Positions 19,116-26,360 of a stretch of DNA of 64,000 nucleotides are shown in pieces (the stretch's first letter is position 1; every line of letters begins with the position of its first letter). A program made the translations under genes and the position numbers. A model generated the notes under the pieces. The model was not told the origin of the DNA. It worked only from the letters and a program-made list of their open reading frames with translations, and did not search any database. The stretch is from a virus (taxonomy: Duplodnaviria > Caudoviricetes). Location: the IMG/VR virus record IMGVR_UViG_3300025018_000001. One strand, 5' to 3'.

Positions 19116-19634
19116 ATGAATACTTTAAACATCCACGCTGGCTGGCTCAAGAGACTCAATGCATTGTCTGGTATGTCTTATGTTACCATCGACGCTGCAG
19201 GTGCAAGAGACTATGCCAAGCGAGCCTCAGCTGACGGCTATAAGCTTGTGCTAGTTAATGACACCTTAGGTGTCTACGGCTACGAGCACCCTGAGGGCTT
19301 TAGCTGGTTGTTCTACAAGATTATCAACTCCGACCGCATGGTGGCTTGTCATGCTGGTGGCAGCAAAGACGGCTTGCGGGCTAACATTGCTGAGGAGCTG
19401 GGATCATTGTGGTATCTTAAGTGCAACAGCACTCCAGCACCACGTGACCCGTTCGTAACGACCTACCATCCTGTCGCTGGATGGAAAGCAGTCCTTATGA
19501 CTTGGGATGCTGATTGTAACACGTACACCCCTGAGCAGACGGGATACTTCGGTCACAAAGACGAAGCGGGTGCTATTAAGGAGGCCAAGGACTGGGCCAA
19601 GTGCGAGGAGATTGAGTACCGGGCTAGAGCGTAG
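19116..19634 (+). CDS. Hypothetical protein
   Basis: Module RBS. Confidence 0.65.
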   Translation: MNTLNIHAGWLKRLNALSGMSYVTIDAAGARDYAKRASADGYKLVLVNDTLGVYGYEHPEGFSWLFYKIINSDRMVACHAGGSKDGLRANIAEELGSLWYLKCNSTPAPRDPFVTTYHPVAGWKAVLMTWDADCNTYTPEQTGYFGHKDEAGAIKEAKDWAKCEEIEYRARA

Positions 19635-19640
19635 CCCACT

Positions 19641-19740
19641 GCTGTACCATTGCCTTCGGGTAGTGGTACAGCTTTTTTGAAGGAGTTAGCATATCGCTAG
19701 CTCTACAACCCAACGCTGCACAGCAGCAAAGGAGTACGTT
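19641..19740 (+). promoter_or_regulatory. Repeated intergenic module copy 5
   Basis: UUCG-capped hairpin+T6, TAGTGGTAC-N9-G(19679), GAGTTAGC-ATATC-GCTAGCTC, GCTGC/GCAGC, AAAGGAG. Confidence 0.85.
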
Positions 19741-19926
19741 ATGGCTATTAAAAGAGTTGTTACCCGTATCTGTCAATGTTGTGGTGAAAGAAAAGCTATC
19801 CCTGAGGGAGCTAACTATTGCACCAGTTGTTCTAGTCCATCCGCGTTTGCATCCGTGATGGATACTAGAAACAGTGGCGCATCTTTCGCAATTAAATCTA
19901 TAACAAAAGGAGGTCGTCATGATTAA
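19741..19926 (+). CDS. Small zinc-ribbon protein
   Basis: CQCC...CTSC. Confidence 0.55.
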   Translation: MAIKRVVTRICQCCGERKAIPEGANYCTSCSSPSAFASVMDTRNSGASFAIKSITKGGRHD

Positions 19927-20008
19927 GGCCTATTTACTTTTAGCTACTTTCTTTCTAGCCCCGTTCATCTGGTTTATATTTGACCTGTTGAGTATGGTGC
20001 CTAAGTGA
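19919..20008 (+). CDS. 29-aa hydrophobic peptide
   Basis: Not in the track; MIKAYLLLATFFLAPFIWFIFDLLSMVPK with GGAGG RBS. Confidence 0.5.
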   Translation: MIKAYLLLATFFLAPFIWFIFDLLSMVPK

Positions 20009-20019
20009 GTAACTTAAAC

Positions 20020-20111
20020 GTTGGACCGCTGCCCTTTGGTAGTGGTCCAGCTTTTTTGAATGAGCACCGCCTATCTTGGGCAACGCTCTCAACTCCATAT
20101 GGAGGTTTCAC
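20020..20111 (+). promoter_or_regulatory. Repeated intergenic module copy 6 (type B leader)
   Basis: Hairpin+T6, TAGTGGTCC-N9-G(20058), GAGC..GCCT-ATCTT-GGGC..GCTC, CTCC-ATAT-GGAG. Confidence 0.8.
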
Positions 20112-20375
20112 ATGCCTTATTCAATATTCGATGTTATGCAAGCAGCCCGCAAAGCACGCCCTGAAGTCAAATGGGAATATGCTAAGCTCAATGACGCCAT
20201 CTCAGAGATGATGCCCGTTGAGTACGATGGTCTTTGGTCACCTGGTAGGCTTTGTGCCCATTACAGTGTTGACACTGACTCAGTACTCAAGGTAGACAAC
20301 TACTGCGTGGATATCAACAACCGCTTCCCGTCTAAGGAAGAAGCTCAGGCTTACATCGACGCCCTTGTATTCTAA
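20112..20375 (+). CDS. Hypothetical protein
   Basis: Start re-set to MPYSIF after GGAGG. Confidence 0.6.
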   Translation: MPYSIFDVMQAARKARPEVKWEYAKLNDAISEMMPVEYDGLWSPGRLCAHYSVDTDSVLKVDNYCVDINNRFPSKEEAQAYIDALVF

Positions 20376-20379
20376 CCAC

Positions 20380-20480
20380 ATACTGTACCGCTGCCATTTG
20401 GTAGTGGTACAGTATTTTTGATGAGGCTGACATATCGTTGGCCTTCAAACCATTGCGCTTAATGCGCTAAGGAGATTGAT
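20380..20480 (+). promoter_or_regulatory. Repeated intergenic module copy 7
   Basis: Hairpin+T, TAGTGGTAC-N9-G(20420), AGGCTGAC-ATATC-GTTGGCCT, GCGC/GCGC, TAAGGAG. Confidence 0.85.
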
Positions 20481-20711
20481 ATGGAAATTTCTAAACTGAA
20501 GGTAATGCGTTCAGCTGCTGGTTATTACATTGGTAGAAGTTGTACTAATGATGACATGCCTGGCTTTGAAGAGCCTTACTCACGGGAGAGTGGTTACTAT
20601 CCCAACGAGGCAGCAGCTACGGCTGACCTGCATACCTTTGACGTCCGTGATTGTGCTGAGAATGAGTATGCATATGAAACTGGCGCCATTAAACGTCCTT
20701 ACAGGCCTTAG
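20481..20711 (+). CDS. Small phage protein (MRSAAGYYIG...PYSRES type)
   Basis: Motif familiar from uncharacterised phage/plasmid proteins. Confidence 0.6.
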   Translation: MEISKLKVMRSAAGYYIGRSCTNDDMPGFEEPYSRESGYYPNEAAATADLHTFDVRDCAENEYAYETGAIKRPYRP

Positions 20712-20721
20712 GAGGTGTACC

Positions 20722-20946
20722 ATGCAGAGTGACACTGTTACGTATACCAGAGCACATGTGGAGTTGTTAGTGAAACTTGCCTTCGTAAGGGGGCAAGAAT
20801 TCGCTACAGCAAATATGCTTAAAGATGCTACCGAACGCGTAGCTTTAGCCATAGGAGCTAAGTATGAGCACGTACAACCAGAAGCAGCTGAGGATAGTGC
20901 AGTTGTTGAAAGAAAAACAGGATGTACTGCAAGCGCCTGTGCCTGA
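20722..20946 (+). CDS. Hypothetical protein
   Basis: AGGAGG RBS, start MQSDT. Confidence 0.55.
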   Translation: MQSDTVTYTRAHVELLVKLAFVRGQEFATANMLKDATERVALAIGAKYEHVQPEAAEDSAVVERKTGCTASACA

Positions 20947-21119
20947 AGGTGTTGATGAATACACGGCTGCCTGTGATGAGGAAGCCACGTTGTATTACAT
21001 TGACAAAGAGATAATGGAACTTAGGCGTAGTACAAGCGCCTAAGTATTTATAACAGCAACAACCCTGGGGGTAGTACAATCTCCTGGGGTTGTTGTCTAA
21101 TGTAACCGGTAATACAATG

Positions 21120-21197
21120 AAGGTACCATTCTTGTGGTACAGGTTTTTTGAGATAATCTCATCTCACCAAAGCAATCATAAGCAAAGGAGAATTAAC
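21120..21197 (+). promoter_or_regulatory. Repeated intergenic module copy 8 (type C leader)
   Basis: GTACCA/TGGTAC, TTGTGGTAC-N9-G(21150), GAGAT/ATCTC hairpin, AAAGGAG. Confidence 0.7.
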
Positions 21198-21365
21198 ATG
21201 GCTAAGTCAGTTAAGAAACAATCACCGTCAAGAGAGCGCCTTATCAAAGTCCTGGACCGTAAGGCAGTAGATGCCCTGGATTTGAAGGAGGCCATAGAGA
21301 ACGGTATATACTCGAAGAGCGTAAGAGTTGTTGAGCCTAAGCTCTGGGAAGAGCGCTACTATTAA
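21198..21365 (+). CDS. Hypothetical protein
   Basis: Start re-set to MAKSVK. Confidence 0.55.
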   Translation: MAKSVKKQSPSRERLIKVLDRKAVDALDLKEAIENGIYSKSVRVVEPKLWEERYY

Positions 21366-21372
21366 TATTCAC

Positions 21373-21452
21373 CCTGTGCCAGCTTTCATAGTGGTACAGG
21401 TTTTTTGAGGCAATTCCGTCTCACCAACGCCAATTATGGCAAAGGAGTTATT
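21373..21452 (+). promoter_or_regulatory. Repeated intergenic module copy 9 (type C leader)
   Basis: CCTGTGCCA/TGGTACAGG+T6, TAGTGGTAC-N9-G(21407), GAGGC/GTCTC, AAAGGAG. Confidence 0.75.
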
Positions 21453-21695
21453 ATGAAGAATTTAACCTTTAAGCAGCTTATTATCCTCTATGTAACGTGT
21501 ACACTTCTCTTAGGCGCGGCGTGCGGTATAGCCGTTTTCAAACTCTATTTCCGCGAAGTCACTTTCATATCTGTGACCTGTAAGAATCCAGAGTTGAGTT
21601 ATACTGAACGTTTAGACGTTGAGGGAGATTTCAAGTGTAATTGGTCATCATTAGACTTGAATAACCATTACGTATTATCCATTGGAGATAAGTAA
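21453..21695 (+). CDS. Membrane-anchored small protein
   Basis: N-terminal TM. Confidence 0.55.
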   Translation: MKNLTFKQLIILYVTCTLLLGAACGIAVFKLYFREVTFISVTCKNPELSYTERLDVEGDFKCNWSSLDLNNHYVLSIGDK

Positions 21696-21696
21696 T

Positions 21697-21861
21697 ATGA
21701 CTGACCCTATGGATATATGTATATGGCCTGATTGTACTTGGTGTCATGAGGAAGACATCGAGGAGTACCAATGGAAGTCAGATGATTTCAGAGTGGCTAC
21801 TATTAGTGGTACCATGTCTGATGATAGAATTGAAGACCTGGTTACTCAGGGATTACTGTAA
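21697..21861 (+). CDS. 54-aa acidic protein
   Basis: Not in the track; MTDPMDICIWPDCTWCHEE...; GGAG RBS. Confidence 0.45.
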   Translation: MTDPMDICIWPDCTWCHEEDIEEYQWKSDDFRVATISGTMSDDRIEDLVTQGLL

Positions 21862-21893
21862 GTTCAACGCCAATATTGGCAAAGGAGATCGTC

Positions 21894-22097
21894 ATGATTA
21901 AATGGATTGATAAGTCTTTGGATAAGGTTGAGAGAGCAGCAGCTAATGCACGTGCAGCCCTTAGAGAAAAGGAAGACCTTAAGAAGCAGTTAGTTATTGC
22001 AACAGCTGCGTTAAAGCATATATACGAAAGGCCTGACTCTGAGTGCCCACCTAAAGAAGCAGCTAAAGATGCCCTTCAACAGATGGGGTTATTATGA
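21894..22097 (+). CDS. Coiled-coil small protein
   Basis: GCC/GGC hairpin + AAAGGAG leader. Confidence 0.55.
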   Translation: MIKWIDKSLDKVERAAANARAALREKEDLKKQLVIATAALKHIYERPDSECPPKEAAKDALQQMGLL

Positions 22098-22648
22098 AAT
22101 ATGCAGGTATTGGGTCACGCGAGACACCCGCTAACGTCTTGCAAGTAATGTCCGACATAGCTGTATTAATGGCTATTGACGGGCATATCTGTTGTACTGG
22201 GGCTGCTCTTGGTGCTGACCAAGCTTTTGCTAACGGCGCCAACAGAGTACACGGGGCTATTGAACTATCTATCCCTTGGAATACGTATGAGTTCGCTTGG
22301 TCTTGTACATTGCATAATGTCAAATCAACGGCATATGATGCTAATGTACACAAAGCAGCAGCTGACTCTGTACATAAGTTTCATCCGTATGCAGCTAAAC
22401 TAAAGCAAGGTGCATTCAAGCTCCACGCACGTAACTATCTTATTATAGATGGTTGTGCTTTGGTTATATGCTGGACTACTGATGGTAAAGCCTCAGGTGG
22501 CACAGGACAGGGAATTCGTATTGCAGAGAGCCTTGGTATACCTGTGTACAACTTGGGCAATGCGGAGGTACTACAGGCCTTCGTAGACCGTATAAATGCG
22601 CGTCGTCATGAAATCACGGCGTATACTAAACACTCAGCGCCTGAGTAG
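22094..22648 (+). CDS. SLOG/DprA-like nucleotide-binding protein
   Basis: YAGIGSRETP, TGAA.GADQAF, HARN, GGTGQ..RIA..GIPVYNL. Confidence 0.75.
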   Translation: MKYAGIGSRETPANVLQVMSDIAVLMAIDGHICCTGAALGADQAFANGANRVHGAIELSIPWNTYEFAWSCTLHNVKSTAYDANVHKAAADSVHKFHPYAAKLKQGAFKLHARNYLIIDGCALVICWTTDGKASGGTGQGIRIAESLGIPVYNLGNAEVLQAFVDRINARRHEITAYTKHSAPE

Positions 22649-22661
22649 GCAAGGAGGTTGT

Positions 22662-23072
22662 ATGGATTTGTTAAGCGCTATAATGTGGCTAACGTTGAAC
22701 ATTTATCACGAAGCACGAGGAGAAGACCAAATTGGTCAGATAGCTGTTGCTCATGTTACATTGAATAGAGTACATAACAGAGACCAATCAGTTAAAGAAG
22801 TAGTTCTAGCACCATATCAGTTTAGTTGGACTTTAAATGAAAGTTGGACCCCCAAGAATATGGAGGCTCTACTGGAATGTTTAGAAAGTGCAACGGTGGC
22901 TATTCAAGGACATGACTTCACTCAAGGTGCTACACATTATCATCGAGCTGATATTCATCCATACTGGGCAGATAAGATGATTTATCTAGGTCAATTTGGT
23001 GATCATAAGTTCTACCGCAAGAAAGTACATCTTATAGCTTCAAAGGTTAAGAAGCTTCGTAAAAAGCACTAA
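22662..23072 (+). CDS. Cell wall hydrolase, SleB/CwlJ family
   Basis: NIYHEARGE..GQIAVAHV.LNR, YQFSW, GATHYH, HKFY. Confidence 0.88.
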   Translation: MDLLSAIMWLTLNIYHEARGEDQIGQIAVAHVTLNRVHNRDQSVKEVVLAPYQFSWTLNESWTPKNMEALLECLESATVAIQGHDFTQGATHYHRADIHPYWADKMIYLGQFGDHKFYRKKVHLIASKVKKLRKKH

Positions 23073-23078
23073 CACCTG

Positions 23079-23175
23079 AGCTGTACCGCTAGTTTTTATA
23101 GTGGTACAGCTTTTTTGATAATGTTCACATATCGTGGACATACAAAACCAAAGGCTTATGCCAAAGGAGTGTGTT
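23079..23175 (+). promoter_or_regulatory. Repeated intergenic module copy 10
   Basis: Hairpin+T6, TAGTGGTAC-N9-G(23117), ATGTTCAC-ATATC-GTGGACAT, GGC/GCC, AAAGGAG. Confidence 0.85.
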
Positions 23176-23547
23176 ATGAACGCTTATTCTGTAGATGCAC
23201 GTGGTAACGTTATTGCTGCTACTAAGAACGTAAAAATTAAAGTACGTGAACTTATGATAGCACAAGAAGACCTTATCATTGCAAAGATTTTCGCAGGAAG
23301 GCATCTCCCAGACAGTAACCCTGTTGCTGTTACCAAACCTGTTAAGTTCCACAGGTCATCCAAAAAACGTCTCGAAAAGTTCTTCATTGAATATAAGAAA
23401 CGTTACAACAGTAGTCAGGCACCTTCACAATTCAACGTGAGGATTCTATGTACACAACTGAAGAGTAATCCTAAGTTTAGTTGGTGTCATGATCCGTCTG
23501 ATGCTATGTTGAAAACTCTCGTTGGTTTCTGTATTAATAACTTCTAA
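23176..23547 (+). CDS. Hypothetical protein, paralogue A
   Basis: C-terminus F.WC...SD..L..L..FC..NF shared with the next gene. Confidence 0.65.
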   Translation: MNAYSVDARGNVIAATKNVKIKVRELMIAQEDLIIAKIFAGRHLPDSNPVAVTKPVKFHRSSKKRLEKFFIEYKKRYNSSQAPSQFNVRILCTQLKSNPKFSWCHDPSDAMLKTLVGFCINNF

Positions 23548-23592
23548 TTTAAATTCACAGCCCGGTGTAACAGCCGGGCAATGGAGATCCTC

Positions 23593-23991
23593 ATGTTTGA
23601 AAATGAAATCGCAGATGCACAAGGTGTGGTAATGGCTAAGTTACAAGAACTACAAATGGCTTCAGATATACTAGCTATTTGGAAAACTAGACAAGCATTA
23701 GCATACAATGCGGCTCAATGCAATGCAGCAGATAAAACAGTACTTCCTGCTAATGCAAAGGCAACCAAAACAATCAGGTTCAAAAAGACTGGTTATACAG
23801 TTGCAACTGCTAAACGTAAGAAAGGTTTTCTTATATTTGTACATGCACGAATTTCTACACCACCATCATTTGAAGATGTTCAAAGATTGGTAAAAGATGC
23901 AGCAGACTCATATGCTACGTTTAGGTGGTGTAAAGGTTTATCAGATGTTTCTATACTTGGTCTCTATCAATACTGCAAAAGCAACTTTTAA
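23593..23991 (+). CDS. Hypothetical protein, paralogue B
   Basis: See previous; GCCCGG hairpin leader. Confidence 0.65.
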   Translation: MFENEIADAQGVVMAKLQELQMASDILAIWKTRQALAYNAAQCNAADKTVLPANAKATKTIRFKKTGYTVATAKRKKGFLIFVHARISTPPSFEDVQRLVKDAADSYATFRWCKGLSDVSILGLYQYCKSNF

Positions 23992-24034
23992 TCAATTCAC
24001 AGCCCGGTGAAATATCCGGGCACAGGAGAACATC

Positions 24035-24217
24035 ATGGCTGATATCATCGTTACTGCTGACACAATTACTACTTTACGTCGTCGCCTTGTAGATAAACTT
24101 TGCAAAGACAATTTGTTTGCACTTTCTGTTATTGGTTTTGCTATGCGCAAAGGTAAAATCAAATACATCGACCTTATGACTGAAGACGCAGCTAAACTCT
24201 TGACCCAATCCAAATAA
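24035..24217 (+). CDS. Hypothetical protein
   Basis: GCCCGG hairpin + CAGGAG leader. Confidence 0.55.
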   Translation: MADIIVTADTITTLRRRLVDKLCKDNLFALSVIGFAMRKGKIKYIDLMTEDAAKLLTQSK

Positions 24218-24254
24218 ACCTCAGCGCCCTCTTCGGAGGGCATAGGGGAAGTAC

Positions 24255-24566
24255 ATGAACAACTTATTAAAATTGTACAGAGAGCTGAAACCTGAGAATA
24301 ATGAAGAAGCCAAACTCGCAGTTGTACTTGCCGCTGCTGAGGTTTCATTTCCCCTTGGTTGTAAAGTGAAAGTAATGGGAACAGGTTATATTGCTGAGGT
24401 TGTGAAGTACAACAAAAACCTCGGTGGATTTTATCCTGGTGTACGTTATCCTGTTCTTGTAAAGATTATACGGTCAAAGGATAAGAAGTTCAGGAAAGCA
24501 GTTGGAATGATATTCGAGTATACACCTGACCAGCTCAAAAAGATTAAGGTGAAGGCTAATGTCTAG
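24255..24566 (+). CDS. Hypothetical protein
   Basis: UUCG hairpin leader. Confidence 0.55.
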   Translation: MNNLLKLYRELKPENNEEAKLAVVLAAAEVSFPLGCKVKVMGTGYIAEVVKYNKNLGGFYPGVRYPVLVKIIRSKDKKFRKAVGMIFEYTPDQLKKIKVKANV

Positions 24567-24753
24567 AATCATTCTAATAACCGGTCATTATCCTATTATT
24601 GTTAATGGAGAAGACACAGGTAAAACGGAATTCGTTGTATCTCACGGTATTAATGAAGATACTGGAGATGCTATTATACTACCTAATGATCCACCTCATA
24701 CATTCGAAGGTTCTTACTATAGTCCTGAAATGAATGAGTGGATTCTACCATAA
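24559..24753 (+). CDS. Hypothetical protein
   Basis: Overlaps upstream stop. Confidence 0.5.
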   Translation: MSRIILITGHYPIIVNGEDTGKTEFVVSHGINEDTGDAIILPNDPPHTFEGSYYSPEMNEWILP

Positions 24754-24764
24754 GGAGCTTTATC

Positions 24765-24992
24765 ATGTCATCAGAAGAATTAACATGCTCAGTTTGTGAA
24801 CGAGCTGGTTGTGAATGTATTTGTGATTTGGTTGTTAATAAAGAAGATTATGATGCCGTTGTACATCTGGCAAAGAAACTTCTTAAAGGCGCCAACATCT
24901 GTATGGAAGAACAATCTTTAATCCAGCCTTTCTTCTCTATTGTAAAGGACAATGCTGCTATCATCGGTAAGTTGAATCTATTCGATGAATAA
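24765..24992 (+). CDS. Small Cys-containing protein
   Basis: TAAGGAG RBS. Confidence 0.5.
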   Translation: MSSEELTCSVCERAGCECICDLVVNKEDYDAVVHLAKKLLKGANICMEEQSLIQPFFSIVKDNAAIIGKLNLFDE

Positions 24993-25150
24993 CAAGACTC
25001 CCTGCCAGGCACTAGCCTGGTGGGGTTTCTTCATCTTTTTTAAAAAACCCTGGAGCTTCGTGAAGAACTCTTGTGGTAGTTCGAACGTGGGGACCCTGCA
25101 GCTTCGGGCCGAGTACCGTGCTAGTACCATCGCTGTTTGGGGATGGGGAT

Positions 25151-25169
25151 TAGTGGTACGGGTTTTTTG
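25151..25169 (+). promoter_or_regulatory. TAGTGGTAC-N9-G box
   Basis: Same box, spacing and T-run as the modules. Confidence 0.7.
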
Positions 25170-25210
25170 AGTATAGTCTATGTTTATCCACCAATTTAAA
25201 GGAGTTTGCT

Positions 25211-25450
25211 ATGAAACTAGTTCAGCTTGTTGTATTCATTTCTGTGGTTCTTTACGGCCAGTTCGTTTTCGCGGCTATATCTTACGAGAAAATCAGCTGT
25301 CTTGTGGGCGATTCAGTTATGTTCTTGACCGTTCCTATGGACAGTAACTGGGACAATTTGCAAATGGAGGATGCGGGCAAAGCAGTATGCGAGTCAATGG
25401 CGTTGGTAAGAATAATTCCGGGGCAGGTACTTGATGCAGAGGAGGAGTAA
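25211..25450 (+). CDS. Small secreted protein
   Basis: Signal peptide; AAAGGAG. Confidence 0.55.
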   Translation: MKLVQLVVFISVVLYGQFVFAAISYEKISCLVGDSVMFLTVPMDSNWDNLQMEDAGKAVCESMALVRIIPGQVLDAEEE

Positions 25451-26299
25451 ATGGAAGCATGGACGGCGCAGTACCGTTATACTGGACCCTATAGACTGGA
25501 TGTTACGGTCAAAGGTCAGGACATGACGGGTAAGTTATTCGCACCTACTTGGGATATGGTCATGAATTATAAGGCATCCAAGGGAACGGAAGCGGATAAA
25601 AAGATTTACATTGAGCAGTACCATAAGGTAATTCTTAATGTAATCAAAAATCATCGCAAGGAATGGGATGAATTGCTGGCACGCAAGTACGTGGTGATTG
25701 TGTGCTTTTGTAAGGCAGGTGAGTTTTGTCATAGACACCTGCTAATGCATTACCTTACACAGTATGGTGCTGTATGCCATGGGGAGATTACTGACTTCTC
25801 ACGCTGGAGCAAAGAACGTAAGGTGATTAGTGAATTCAAAGGCCAATACGGTTGGGCATCCAACTTCGCGCCGTGTAAGTTCACGCATGAGAACATTGAA
25901 TATGATTCTACCGAGACATTTTATCAGGCAATGAAGTATGGGCCTAATGATATGTTGAAGATTAAGGTGGATAATAAATTCATTGAAGTCAATGCACGTG
26001 AGTATATTTCCAAACTACCGGCGGGTAAAGCCAAACGCATGGGCAAGAAAGCAAAACTGCCTTGGAACTGGGACACCCTGCGAGTGGATGTTATGGAACT
26101 TGCGTTGAATTACAAGTATGACCAGCCTTACTACAAAAGTCTGTTGCTTAGAACGGACGATGCCTTGATGATTGAAGGCAATTGGTGGCATGACAATTTT
26201 TGGGGAGACTGCTCCTGCCCTAAGTGCGAGCATATCAAAGGTGCAAATACGCTTGGTCAGTTGACTATGCGTAAGCGTGATGCACTACGGAAAGTTTAA
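25451..26299 (+). CDS. DUF488-like domain fused to NADAR (YbiA-like) domain
   Basis: VIVCFC...FCHRHLL N-terminal; F.G.Y..SNF, ETFYQAMK, LLLRT...IEGNWWHDNFWG C-terminal. Confidence 0.8.
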   Translation: MEAWTAQYRYTGPYRLDVTVKGQDMTGKLFAPTWDMVMNYKASKGTEADKKIYIEQYHKVILNVIKNHRKEWDELLARKYVVIVCFCKAGEFCHRHLLMHYLTQYGAVCHGEITDFSRWSKERKVISEFKGQYGWASNFAPCKFTHENIEYDSTETFYQAMKYGPNDMLKIKVDNKFIEVNAREYISKLPAGKAKRMGKKAKLPWNWDTLRVDVMELALNYKYDQPYYKSLLLRTDDALMIEGNWWHDNFWGDCSCPKCEHIKGANTLGQLTMRKRDALRKV

Positions 26300-26301
26300 C
26301 A

Positions 26302-26320
26302 TAGTGGTACTGCTCTTTCG
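26302..26320 (+). promoter_or_regulatory. TAGTGGTAC-N9-G box within a hairpin
   Basis: GTGGTACT/AGTATCAC stem. Confidence 0.65.
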
Positions 26321-26360
26321 GGAGTAGTATCACACTCAATTCTAACGAAGGAGAATTTGT

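Noticed and set aside
17672-23175. CRISPR array or integron (attC) cassette array
   Set aside because: The repeats are separated by whole genes rather than 30-40-nt spacers and vary in stem sequence. There are no RYYYAAC/GTTRRRY ends, and no cas or integrase gene in the window.
17672-23175. Sigma70 promoters formed by TTGA(A/G)G ... TA(T/A/C)AA(T/C)
   Set aside because: The spacer would be 21 nt in the best copy (18457-18489), too long for sigma70; the fixed box-to-G spacing explains the data better.
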